Shown: positions 30,079 to 38,979 of the stretch, in pieces
How the letters are laid out: each line of letters starts with the position of its first letter
Numbering within the stretch: the first letter of the stretch is position 1
Assembly: GCA_037969135.1 (NCBI GenBank)
Contig: JBBKWV010000167.1
Location: 1 to 51,853, forward strand
DNA: 51,853 bases
Origin: Ferruginibacter sp.
GTDB lineage: Bacteria > Bacteroidota > Bacteroidia > Chitinophagales > Chitinophagaceae
Direction: 5' to 3'
Translations under genes and position numbers: made by a program
Notes under the pieces: generated by a model
What the model saw: only the letters and a program-made list of their open reading frames with translations
What the model was told of the DNA's origin: nothing
Databases searched by the model: none

Positions 30079-30708
30079 CTATTTTCTGATTGGCTGGTAC
30101 AGTACATATTTACTGGCAAAATAAGAGTCAGTAAAAATCTTTTCCACTTCCCAAATGAATGGTTTACAACCACTTTCAGATATTTCTTTGCTAAGGTCGC
30201 CTCCCTTTAGACAAATAAGACCGTTCACTTTCTCCGTATCCTTATTTTTATTCAGGAGTGGTTTACTCCAGTGCCAAAGATCTTTTAATGGGGCTACTGC
30301 CCGGGAAACAACGACATCAAATTTCCTGTTTTTGATTTCTTCTGCCCGTGTATGCTGCGTAGTAATATTTTTTATGCCAAGTGATTCAGCCACCTGGTTT
30401 ACAACCTGTAATTTTTTATTGATACTGTCAACGAGATGGAAGGAAACTTCCGGAAAAAAAATGGCTAACGGGATGCCCGGAAAACCACCACCCGATCCAA
30501 GGTCCATTACCTGCATGTTATTTTCAAAATTAAATTTTGCTGCAATGGCCAGAGAATGCAATACATGATGCAAATAAAAATTATCCATGTCCTTCCGGCT
30601 GATAACATTTATTTTATCATTCCATTCCATATATAATTCTTTCAGTTGTGTAAACTGGTTTTCCTGTTCTGTTGAAAAATCTGAAAAATATTTTTTTATT
30701 AATTCCAT
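30079..30708 (-). CDS. rsmG: 16S rRNA m7G527 methyltransferase (start reassigned to MELIKKYF)
   Basis: WNDKINVISR, HVLHSL, DLGSGGGFPG, VSRAV, LKG. Confidence 0.95.
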   Translation of the reverse strand: MELIKKYFSDFSTEQENQFTQLKELYMEWNDKINVISRKDMDNFYLHHVLHSLAIAAKFNFENNMQVMDLGSGGGFPGIPLAIFFPEVSFHLVDSINKKLQVVNQVAESLGIKNITTQHTRAEEIKNRKFDVVVSRAVAPLKDLWHWSKPLLNKNKDTEKVNGLICLKGGDLSKEISESGCKPFIWEVEKIFTDSYFASKYVLYQPIRK

Positions 30709-30764
30709 ATTCGAAATGTTGATCAGGCACAATATTAAAAACGGTCAAATAAAGCCCCGGTTTT

Positions 30765-31901
30765 TTATTTCCAGGTAGATTTTGGTTTTGTGAAAAGAGC
30801 TGGTGCAAAAAGTATATAATAAAAGAACATCCAGATATCAAATAAAATAAAATATGGGAAAAGGTCTTTTTCATCGAGCCTGTTCATCGTTTTGTAAAAA
30901 ACAATGCATTGTATGATCAGCCTCAATGCAAATGCAATTAAAGCATATTGCCAGTTGAAAAATATACAGGTACTTATCAGTAACGGATAAAATAATAAAT
31001 GCGATACTGCATACAGGCTTAATAAAAATTTATGAATAGGTTTATAAAGTTTACTGGTTGTATAGTGCCGTTTTTTTTGTGTCAGCCACTGGGTCCATGA
31101 ATTGGGAGGTTTGCTGATCGTAAAACTTTCTTTATTGATATTAATTTTTGTGTTCTTCCTGTTTGCTGCAGCACTGATAAACAGGTCATCATCACCGCCG
31201 GGTATATTATTATGTGCTGAAAAACCTTTGTGACGGTAGAATATTGCTTTTTTGTAACTAAGATTTCTGCCAACTCCCATATAAGGAGTTCCGGCAAGTG
31301 CATAGCTGAAATATTGCAGGGCTGTATGAAATGCTTCCCAGCGGATGAGTTTGTTCAGAAACCCCGGTTTTTTATAATAGGCACCATAGCCTAAAACGAT
31401 CTCTGTATCATCATCAAACACATTTTGCATGTTGGAAATCCAATGCTCTGTTGCAGGAACGCAATCTGCATCGGTTAGTAAAACGATCTCGTATTTAGAA
31501 GATTTTATTCCAATACTCAAAGGGAATTTTTTACCCGGAATCATTTTTGCTTCCTGTGTAAGTTCTACGATCTGTAATTGTTTATACGATTTTTTAAACT
31601 CTTCCAGAATATATTTACTCTCATCAAATGAATTGTCATTCACAACAATCACCTCATGTGTGGTTTTATAATCCTGTACCAAAGAACCCGGTAAATTGTT
31701 GGCAATATTTTCTGCTTCATCCCTTGCACAAATGATAACACTCACTGCATGTGTGCGGGAATGGGTTTTGTTTTTTTCTTTATAGAATGACAACCTGAAG
31801 AAAAAAAACAGGTAGTAGAAAAGCTGAACAAATGTAACTGTACAAAAGAAAATAAATAATATCAGTTGCCAGTGCAACAGTAATAGCTTTGGTAAATGCA
31901 T
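30765..31901 (-). CDS. Membrane GT2-family glycosyltransferase
   Basis: SVIICARDE, VNDNS, GKK, TDADC, GDDD, QKKRH; terminal TM helices. Confidence 0.9.
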   Translation of the reverse strand: MHLPKLLLLHWQLILFIFFCTVTFVQLFYYLFFFFRLSFYKEKNKTHSRTHAVSVIICARDEAENIANNLPGSLVQDYKTTHEVIVVNDNSFDESKYILEEFKKSYKQLQIVELTQEAKMIPGKKFPLSIGIKSSKYEIVLLTDADCVPATEHWISNMQNVFDDDTEIVLGYGAYYKKPGFLNKLIRWEAFHTALQYFSYALAGTPYMGVGRNLSYKKAIFYRHKGFSAHNNIPGGDDDLFISAAANRKNTKININKESFTISKPPNSWTQWLTQKKRHYTTSKLYKPIHKFLLSLYAVSHLLFYPLLISTCIFFNWQYALIAFALRLIIQCIVFYKTMNRLDEKDLFPYFILFDIWMFFYYILFAPALFTKPKSTWK

Positions 31902-32019
31902 AAAAGCAAAATTAAGCTTTAAAACAATTCATTATTTTATGATTTGAAACCGGTGATTGATTATTCATTTCAGGGAGATTTACCCATTTATGAATATCTT
32001 TATGCAAATTATTTATTGT

Positions 32020-32658
32020 ATGAAAAAGTTACTTTTATTTCTGATTGCCTTAGTTTTTTATGGTTTTGCAATTGCCCAAACCCGCAGCATACAAGTAGAA
32101 TATCAGAAGATTTCCCGTTCGGCAATGGAAAATGAAATGCCTTTTTCTTCCAAAACCGTTGAAAAAGCCATTGAAGATATGTTCTCAAAAATGGGATACA
32201 AAGGCTCAGGAATTAAAGGGTTTGACCTTTATAAAGGAGTGCGGATCTCAGATTGGGGAACAGATACTTATGATATTTATTTTAAAACAGAAAGAAAAAG
32301 CAGGAGAGACAAAGAAAATACTGTAGTTACCATGATGATCTCTAAAGGATTTGACGCTTTTGTAAGTGATACTTCTGATATGGAAGTTTTTAGAAAAGCT
32401 AAATTGTATTTAGACTCCCTGTTATTTGTAGTCGCGGCTTATGATCTGGAACAGGAAATTGCTGTTCAGGAAGATGAATTAAAATCGGCTGAGAAAAAAA
32501 GTACTAACCTCCAGGATGATGGGAAGGATCTTGAAAAAAAGAAACGTAAACTGGAAGATGATATTACAGATAATATCCGGGATCAGCAAAATCAGTCAAA
32601 TGAGGTAATAAAACAAAGACAGATTCTGGAAAATTTAAAGGCAAAACGGGTTAAATAA
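32020..32658 (+). CDS. Exported hypothetical protein with C-terminal coiled coil (start reassigned to MKKLLL)
   Basis: Signal peptide ending AIAQ; heptad-rich EQEIAVQEDELKSAEKK..LEKKKRKLEDDI. Confidence 0.75.
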   Translation: MKKLLLFLIALVFYGFAIAQTRSIQVEYQKISRSAMENEMPFSSKTVEKAIEDMFSKMGYKGSGIKGFDLYKGVRISDWGTDTYDIYFKTERKSRRDKENTVVTMMISKGFDAFVSDTSDMEVFRKAKLYLDSLLFVVAAYDLEQEIAVQEDELKSAEKKSTNLQDDGKDLEKKKRKLEDDITDNIRDQQNQSNEVIKQRQILENLKAKRVK

Positions 32659-32680
32659 AATTAGCATAAACTGCTTCTAT

Positions 32681-32711
32681 AAAAAGATATCCGTAAATGG
32701 GTATCTTTTTT
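32681..32711 (+). terminator. Intrinsic terminator
   Basis: AAAAAGATATCC..GGGTATCTTTTT. Confidence 0.75.
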
Positions 32712-32793
32712 AATATCTGTAATAGAAAACGATTGCAGTTTTTGGATTTTATATAAAACTATATTTGCAGCATTAAGGAATCGAAAACAAATT

Positions 32794-33933
32794 ATGGCTA
32801 GTTTACAGTTTGAAGTAATTAATACGGATAATCATTCAAAAGCAAGGGCAGGAAAAATAGTTACAGACCATGGCGAAATAACAACGCCCATTTTTATGCC
32901 TGTTGGTACAGTGGGCAGTGTTAAAGCCGTTACGCAGCAACAGTTGAAAAAAGAGGTGCAGGCACAGATCATTTTGGGTAATACCTATCATCTCTATTTG
33001 AGGCCTGGATTGGAAGTATTGGAAAATGCCGGTGGGTTGCACAAATTCAATGGCTGGAACCAGCCCATCCTTACAGACAGCGGAGGATACCAGGTGTTCT
33101 CTCTTGCAGGAAATCGTAAAATTAATGAAGAAGGGGTCGTATTTCAATCCCATATTGATGGAAGCAGGCATTTGTTCAGTCCGGAAAAAGTAATGGATAT
33201 TCAGCGCATCATTGGTGCCGATATCATCATGGCTTTTGATGAATGTCCCCCCGGAGGCAGTGATCATAATTATGCAAAAACATCTATGGAATTAACACAC
33301 AGATGGCTTGACAGGTGCTTTGAACAATTCAATTCCACAACAGACAAATACGGCTATACGCAAAATTTATTTCCAATAGTTCAGGGAGGAGTTCATCATG
33401 ATCTGCGGAAATATTCCTGTGAATACATTGCTTCCAAAAATGCAACAGGCAATGCAATCGGAGGTTTAAGTGTGGGGGAACCTTTAGATAAAATGTATGA
33501 AATATGTGCGCTTTGCTGCGATCATTTACCTGAAGCAAAACCCCGGTATCTGATGGGAGTAGGTACTCCCTGGAATATTCTGGAGTGCATAGAAATGGGG
33601 GTGGATATGTTTGATTGCGTAATGCCCACCCGCAATGGGCGGAATGCCATGTTGTTTACTACGAAAGGGGTTATAAATATCGATAACAAAAAATGGGAAA
33701 ATGATTTTTCAGTTTTAGATGATGGTTTTGAAAATGAGATGAGTAATTATTACAGCAAAGCTTATCTGCGTCATCTGATGAAATCAAAAGAATTCCTGGG
33801 ATTAACCATCGCAAGTGTTCACAACCTGGCTTTTTATTTATGGCTTGTAAAACAGGCAAGAGAACATATTATTGCCGGAGATTTTAAGTCATGGAAAGAA
33901 AATATGGTTTTACAACTTCAACAAAAATTATAG
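32794..33933 (+). CDS. tgt: tRNA-guanine(34) transglycosylase
   Basis: TPIFMPVGT, TDSGGYQVFSL, AFDEC, IVQGG, GGLSVGE, DMFDCVMPTRNGR; TATATTTG element at 32760-32767. Confidence 0.97.
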   Translation: MASLQFEVINTDNHSKARAGKIVTDHGEITTPIFMPVGTVGSVKAVTQQQLKKEVQAQIILGNTYHLYLRPGLEVLENAGGLHKFNGWNQPILTDSGGYQVFSLAGNRKINEEGVVFQSHIDGSRHLFSPEKVMDIQRIIGADIIMAFDECPPGGSDHNYAKTSMELTHRWLDRCFEQFNSTTDKYGYTQNLFPIVQGGVHHDLRKYSCEYIASKNATGNAIGGLSVGEPLDKMYEICALCCDHLPEAKPRYLMGVGTPWNILECIEMGVDMFDCVMPTRNGRNAMLFTTKGVINIDNKKWENDFSVLDDGFENEMSNYYSKAYLRHLMKSKEFLGLTIASVHNLAFYLWLVKQAREHIIAGDFKSWKENMVLQLQQKL

Positions 33934-34026
33934 TGGATAAATTATGTGTTAATTACAATTCCTTTAAATACTAAATGCATAGTTTAGTACCATCAAATAT
34001 TTCAGAAGAATAAAAAAACAGATAAA

Positions 34027-34737
34027 ATGAATAGAATTTTCTTAATGCTGGTCTTATATTTCATTATGCCGTCCAATGCTTTTACACAAACCAAGGAAGT
34101 ACAAAATGCCTCCATACCCAAGGACGCTCAAATTGATGTAACAGTAACGGATTTCAAGAACAATCGGCGTTCAAATGAGATCATCATTTTCAAAAGCGAG
34201 TTAAATTCACGGGAATACCAGGGGCTTACAAATGAAAACGGCGCATTTTCTGTAAGGCTGCCTGCGGGTGATAAATATGAAATATTCATACTGGGGTTTA
34301 AAGACTCTGCTTCATATAATATTCTGGAAATTCCGGCAACAAAAGGGAATGCATATTATAAAGACCCATTTAAGATTGATATACAATTTCAGCCTGCGAA
34401 AACTTTTGTACTGGATGATTGTAATTTTGAAACCGGAAAAGCAACCCTGGAAGCTGAATCATTTTCCGTGATAGATGAACTGGTAGCTTACCTTAAAAGA
34501 AAAGAAGATGTAAAAATTGAATTGGGCGGGCATACAGATAATGTAGGCAGTGCTGCGAATAACCTGAAACTTTCACAGGAAAGAGCTAATACCGTTATGG
34601 CGTACCTGCTGGAAAAAGGGATTGATCCGGAAAGGGTAACAGCTAAAGGTTACGGGCTTACCCAACCGGTGGCTGATAACAAAACTGAAGATGGCCGTGC
34701 TCAAAACAGGAGAACAGAAGTAAAGATCCTGGAATAA
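34027..34737 (+). CDS. Exported OmpA-domain protein
   Basis: NFETGKA, GHTDNVG..NLKLSQERA, GYG..P..NRRTE. Confidence 0.92.
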   Translation: MNRIFLMLVLYFIMPSNAFTQTKEVQNASIPKDAQIDVTVTDFKNNRRSNEIIIFKSELNSREYQGLTNENGAFSVRLPAGDKYEIFILGFKDSASYNILEIPATKGNAYYKDPFKIDIQFQPAKTFVLDDCNFETGKATLEAESFSVIDELVAYLKRKEDVKIELGGHTDNVGSAANNLKLSQERANTVMAYLLEKGIDPERVTAKGYGLTQPVADNKTEDGRAQNRRTEVKILE

Positions 34738-34754
34738 TGTTTTTCGGTATAAAT

Positions 34755-34787
34755 AAAAAGGCAACCAATTAATCGGTTGCCTTTTTT
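34755..34787. terminator. Bidirectional terminator
   Basis: AAAAAGGCAACC..GGTTGCCTTTTT. Confidence 0.88.
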
Positions 34788-34803
34788 AGATTCGGTTTAT
34801 TAT

Positions 34804-35472
34804 TTATAAAATTGTTGCTGTTTTTAAAAGCGTCTGTGTATTTGTGTTTGAACTGGTACCATTAAAACTAAAGTCGATCTGGCTGTCATTTTGAATCATA
34901 CCAAATTTGCGTGCATAATAATAATGGATATCCGTATTCAATGTAAGTACTCCGGGAGGAAGTCCGGGAACGGATAAGGTAGTTATTACATGAATTACAT
35001 CTGTATATGCAACCCCATTTACCGTTTTGCTTATTCCTTTTTCCTGTATTTTATTGGTTACTACTACAGTTACCGGAACACCGGAATAGGTTATTGAAAA
35101 ATTTTGAACCCAGGTACTGTTTACCGCAGCATTGTCTTTCAGATAGAGGTTATCAACTTTTGTACCTCCCAATGCAGCAGGAAGGCTTTGAAATGAAAAA
35201 TAATCATTACCGGTAATATTGTAATACTCATTGGCCCCGTTGCTGTTGGAAAATACATGGTATGTCTTGGCATTTACCGCTGTATCACGGGTTGTGGAAG
35301 TAATTGTATACAGGCTTGAGTTGGCAGGAGTAATATTATCCTTGAATTCATAATTCCATGAATTTCCGGCACTGAGGCTCATATAAGTATCCCCAACGGA
35401 TGGGTTATCACTTTTTTTACAGGAAATTGCGAAAAAGCAAATGGAAATGCAGGCAAATGCAATTTTTTTCAT
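34804..35472 (-). CDS. Hypothetical beta-rich lipoprotein
   Basis: Lipobox AISC-KKSD; GNSWNY; YYARKFGMI. Confidence 0.8.
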   Translation of the reverse strand: MKKIAFACISICFFAISCKKSDNPSVGDTYMSLSAGNSWNYEFKDNITPANSSLYTITSTTRDTAVNAKTYHVFSNSNGANEYYNITGNDYFSFQSLPAALGGTKVDNLYLKDNAAVNSTWVQNFSITYSGVPVTVVVTNKIQEKGISKTVNGVAYTDVIHVITTLSVPGLPPGVLTLNTDIHYYYARKFGMIQNDSQIDFSFNGTSSNTNTQTLLKTATIL

Positions 35473-35509
35473 ATGTGTCTAATGTTTAATTATGTAAATA
35501 TCAGTTTTA

Positions 35510-35543
35510 TTTGTTTATAATTAAAATATTCCTCCTATCTTTG
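35510..35543 (+). promoter_or_regulatory. Promoter for the infA..rplQ operon
   Basis: TTTG (35510)-N22-TATCTTTG (35536); upstream gene is divergent. Confidence 0.65.
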
Positions 35544-35556
35544 CGCTCCCAAATTT

Positions 35557-35775
35557 ATGGCTAAACAGGCACTTATTAAACAAGACGGAACAATAGTTGA
35601 AGCACTTAGTAATGCTATGTTCAAGGTTAAATTAGAAAATGGTCATGAGATATTGGCTACTATTTCGGGAAAAATGAGGATGCACTATATCCGAATTCTT
35701 CCGGGCGATAAAGTTGGAGTGGAAATGAGTCCCTATGATTTAACGAGGGGCAGGATTATTTTCAGGTACAAATAA
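35557..35775 (+). CDS. infA: Translation initiation factor IF-1
   Basis: [31 protein letters not shown]. Confidence 0.98.
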   Translation: MAKQALIKQDGTIVEALSNAMFKVKLENGHEILATISGKMRMHYIRILPGDKVGVEMSPYDLTRGRIIFRYK

Positions 35776-35782
35776 AAAACAG

Positions 35783-35810
35783 GCTTTTAGCCAATGGCTA
35801 TTAGTTAATG
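35783..35810. repeat. Degenerate heptamer repeat x4
   Basis: GCTTTTA GCCAATG GCTATTA GTTAATG. Confidence 0.6.
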
Positions 35811-35832
35811 CTCAAGATAAAAACCAAATAAA

Positions 35833-35949
35833 ATGAAGGTAAGAGCTTCAATAAAAAAACGCAGTGTTGATTGCAAGATCGTAAGGAGAAAAGGACGTTT
35901 GTATGTAATCAACAAAAAAAATCCCCGCTTTAAGCAAAAGCAAGGGTAA
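35833..35949 (+). CDS. rpmJ: 50S ribosomal protein L36 (38 aa, below ORF-track cutoff)
   Basis: [38 protein letters not shown]. Confidence 0.97.
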   Translation: MKVRASIKKRSVDCKIVRRKGRLYVINKKNPRFKQKQG

Positions 35950-36032
35950 AATGAACGTATTATATGAGGATATTGAAATTCCCCATATGCATGCAAATCA
36001 GAAATCGAAAACTCATAAATCTTAAATAAATT

Positions 36033-36413
36033 ATGGCTCGTATTGCCGGTATCGATTTACCAAAAAATAAAAGAGGCGAAATTGGTCTTACCTACATCTA
36101 TGGTATTGGCCGTTCTACAGCTCAGTACATTTTAACCAAAGCTGGTATTGACTTAAATAAAAAAGTTAATCAGTGGAATGATGATGAGCAGACTTCCATC
36201 CGTAATGTGATAAACAATGAGTTTAAAACAGAAGGAGCATTGCGTAGTGAAACCCAGATGAACATTAAGCGTTTGCTTGATATCGCCTGTTACAGGGGTT
36301 TACGTCACCGTAAAGGATTGCCTGTTCGTGGACAACGTACACGTACAAACAGCCGTACAAGAAAAGGAAAACGTAAGACGGTTGCGGGTAAGAAAAAAGT
36401 GGCTAAGAAATAA
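36033..36413 (+). CDS. rpsM: 30S ribosomal protein S13
   Basis: [27 protein letters not shown]. Confidence 0.98.
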   Translation: MARIAGIDLPKNKRGEIGLTYIYGIGRSTAQYILTKAGIDLNKKVNQWNDDEQTSIRNVINNEFKTEGALRSETQMNIKRLLDIACYRGLRHRKGLPVRGQRTRTNSRTRKGKRKTVAGKKKVAKK

Positions 36414-36421
36414 ATCTGACA

Positions 36422-36455
36422 GCTGATAGTTAATAGCTATCGGCTTTTAGCATAG
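36422..36455. repeat. Degenerate heptamer repeat x5, hairpin-forming
   Basis: GCTGATA GTTAATA GCTATCG GCTTTTA GCATAG. Confidence 0.6.
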
Positions 36456-36561
36456 GCTTGGATTTCTTGAATTGATTCCGGATAGCTACAAGTCAGCAGG
36501 AGGGATGGTTCAGTTCCGGGTAAACCGGGATTATTTTTAATGATTACCTATTTTTAAAATT

Positions 36562-36960
36562 ATGGCAAAGGCACAAAGCGCAAAAGCAGCTGCAAAAAAA
36601 AGAGTAGTAAAAGTAGATAGCTACGGCGATGCTCATGTTACTGCAAGTTTCAACAACATCATTATCAGTTTAACCAACAAAACAGGGCAGGTGATTTCCT
36701 GGTCTTCTGCTGGTAAAATGGGTTTTAAGGGCAGTAAAAAGAATACACCTTATGCAGCCCAGATGGCAGGAGCTGATGCTGCTAAAGTAGCAGTGGATGC
36801 AGGTTTAAAAAGAGTGGATGTTTATGTAAAAGGACCGGGAAGCGGCCGTGAAGGTGCTATCCGTTCTTTATCTCAAAATGGCCTTGAAATTGCCATGATC
36901 AAAGACGTAACTCCATTACCACATAATGGTTGCCGTCCTCCGAAGAAAAGAAGAGTTTAA
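36562..36960 (+). CDS. rpsK: 30S ribosomal protein S11
   Basis: [35 protein letters not shown]. Confidence 0.98.
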   Translation: MAKAQSAKAAAKKRVVKVDSYGDAHVTASFNNIIISLTNKTGQVISWSSAGKMGFKGSKKNTPYAAQMAGADAAKVAVDAGLKRVDVYVKGPGSGREGAIRSLSQNGLEIAMIKDVTPLPHNGCRPPKKRRV

Positions 36961-36964
36961 GATA

Positions 36965-37032
36965 TTTTGAATGATAAATTTTATTTGTTGAATTAAAAAC
37001 CATTCAAAATTTATAATTCAAAATTCAACATT
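36965..37032. repeat. Inverted arrays of degenerate heptamers
   Basis: TTTTGAA TGATAAA TTTTATT TGTTGAA .. ATTCAAA ATTTATA ATTCAAA ATTCAAC. Confidence 0.6.
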
Positions 37033-37042
37033 ATTATTAACG

Positions 37043-37096
37043 GGTGCATTATTCATTTAAAAGGTCTTTATAATGATGCATCGACACTAAAAGACC
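37043..37096 (+). promoter_or_regulatory. Putative rpsD leader RNA (H-type pseudoknot)
   Basis: 11-bp stem 37043-53/37072-82; loop GGTCTTT pairs with AAAGACC at 37090-96. Confidence 0.6.
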
Positions 37097-37109
37097 AAAA
37101 TATACAATT

Positions 37110-37715
37110 ATGGCACGTTACACAGGGCCCAAAACAAAGATCTCCCGCAGATTCGGAGAGCCTATCACAGGCAACGGTAAGTGGTTAACCAAAAACAGCA
37201 ATCCTCCGGGACAGCATGGTGGTACCAAAAAACGCAAAACACTTAGCGAATACGGTCTTCAGTTAAAAGAAAAGCAAAAAGCAAAATACACTTATGGTTT
37301 GCTGGAAAAACAATTCCGCAAAACATTTGATGAAGCTAACCGTAAAAAAGGTGTTACCGGTGAAAACCTGATCAAATTACTGGAAGCCCGTTTGGATAAT
37401 ACCGTTTTCAGAATGGGTATTGCTCCAAGCCGCCAGGCTGCACGCCAGTTGGTTAGTCATAAGCATATTACCGTAAATGGTGATGTTCTGAACATTCCTT
37501 CCTATTGTTGCCAACCGGGCGACGTTATCAGCCTGAAAAATAAAAGTGCTGCTAATGGAGCAATTACCGGAAATTTGCGTGGTAAAAATCCAAAGTTTGG
37601 ATGGATCGAGTGGAATGAAGGTGATATGAAAGGTACTTTCATCACTTATCCTGAAAGAGAAAGTGTTCCTGAGAATATCAAGGAGCAACTGATCGTGGAA
37701 TTGTACAGTAAGTAA
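37110..37715 (+). CDS. rpsD: 30S ribosomal protein S4
   Basis: MARYTGP, PGQHG, LEARLDN, ARQLVSH, IVELYSK. Confidence 0.98.
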   Translation: MARYTGPKTKISRRFGEPITGNGKWLTKNSNPPGQHGGTKKRKTLSEYGLQLKEKQKAKYTYGLLEKQFRKTFDEANRKKGVTGENLIKLLEARLDNTVFRMGIAPSRQAARQLVSHKHITVNGDVLNIPSYCCQPGDVISLKNKSAANGAITGNLRGKNPKFGWIEWNEGDMKGTFITYPERESVPENIKEQLIVELYSK

Positions 37716-37852
37716 GAGAAAGAAAAAAAGCAGCATAGTGCTTTAACTGTACAAGTGAGTCCAGATAATCCGGGATCAGGATAACACAACGAAGCCGGGA
37801 TATATTCAAAAGCCGGCAAACAAATTTTAAACAATTAAACAACCGCATACAA

Positions 37853-38848
37853 ATGGCAATTTTCAATTTTGTTAAACCCGATAAGATTGTACTTCAGAAA
37901 GCAAATGATTTTGAAGCACAGTTTGAATTTCGTCCGTTAGAACCAGGATATGGAGTAACTATTGGTAATGCATTACGCAGGGTATTGCTTAATTCCTTAG
38001 AGGGTTATGCAATTGTTGGTGTAAATATTGCCGGAGCTGACCATGAGTTTGCAACATTAAAAGGTGTTACTGAAGACGTAACAGAAATAATTCTTAACCT
38101 GAAGCAGGTAAGATTTAAAATGAAAGTTGACCATGATGTAAGTACGGAAAAAGTTTCTCTTTCCATCAAAAATAAAACTGAATTCACAGCAGGAATGATC
38201 GGAGAAGCTTCTCCGGCATTTGAAGTAATGAATCCGGAATTGTTGATCTGCACAATGGACAACAGTGCAAAATTCGATATCGAGATCAGCATTGGAAGAG
38301 GCCGTGGTTATGTGCCAGCAGAAGAGCATAAAGAAAAGAGTTCTCATTTTGGATATATTCCAGTTGATGCTATCTACACTCCGATCAAGAATGTAAAATA
38401 CCTGATCGAAAATACAAGGGTGGAACAGCGTACCGATTTCGAAAAACTGATCATGGAAGTGGTTACCGATGGTACCATTCATCCGGAAGAAGCTGTAAAG
38501 CAGGCAAGCCGTATCCTGATCCAGCACTTGATGATCATCACCGATGAAAACATCACATTCGATACAAAAGAAGATAAGAAAGAAGACCTGGTTGATGAGC
38601 ATACTTTGCAATTACGCAAAATGCTGAAAACACCATTGGAAGATCTTGATCTGTCTGTACGTGCATTCAATTGCCTGAAAGCCGCTAAGATCAATTCTTT
38701 GAGCGAACTGGTACAATATGAGCAGGAAGACCTGATGAAGTTCAGAAACTTTGGTCAGAAATCTTTGAGCGAAATTGATCAGGTATTGCAGGAAAGAGGC
38801 TTAAGCTTCGGAATGGATCTGAGCAAGCTGAAATTAGACGACGAGTAA
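37853..38848 (+). CDS. rpoA: RNA polymerase alpha subunit
   Basis: PLEPGYGVTIGNALRRVLL, GRGYVPA, LSVRAFNCLK, NFGQKSL. Confidence 0.98.
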   Translation: MAIFNFVKPDKIVLQKANDFEAQFEFRPLEPGYGVTIGNALRRVLLNSLEGYAIVGVNIAGADHEFATLKGVTEDVTEIILNLKQVRFKMKVDHDVSTEKVSLSIKNKTEFTAGMIGEASPAFEVMNPELLICTMDNSAKFDIEISIGRGRGYVPAEEHKEKSSHFGYIPVDAIYTPIKNVKYLIENTRVEQRTDFEKLIMEVVTDGTIHPEEAVKQASRILIQHLMIITDENITFDTKEDKKEDLVDEHTLQLRKMLKTPLEDLDLSVRAFNCLKAAKINSLSELVQYEQEDLMKFRNFGQKSLSEIDQVLQERGLSFGMDLSKLKLDDE

Positions 38849-38934
38849 GCATATTGAAAGATCGGGAAATGGATCCATTCATTGAATCATCATCTCCGGT
38901 CTGATCATTTTAAATAAAACCATTTTAAAATCAT

Positions 38935-38979
38935 CTCTGTAATTCCTGACACGGTACAGAGTAAAACAAACAAGTCATG
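38935..38979 (+). promoter_or_regulatory. Putative rplQ leader hairpin/pseudoknot
   Basis: CTCTGTA/TACAGAG stem; loop TGAC is complementary to GTCA overlapping the A of the ATG. Confidence 0.45.

Noticed and set aside
35783-37032. CRISPR array
   Set aside because: Units are 7 nt, degenerate and have no spacers; no cas genes
37794-37817. GCCGG/CCGGC hairpin before rpoA as a regulatory leader
   Set aside because: Only 5 bp built from the abundant CCGG word; no second helix found
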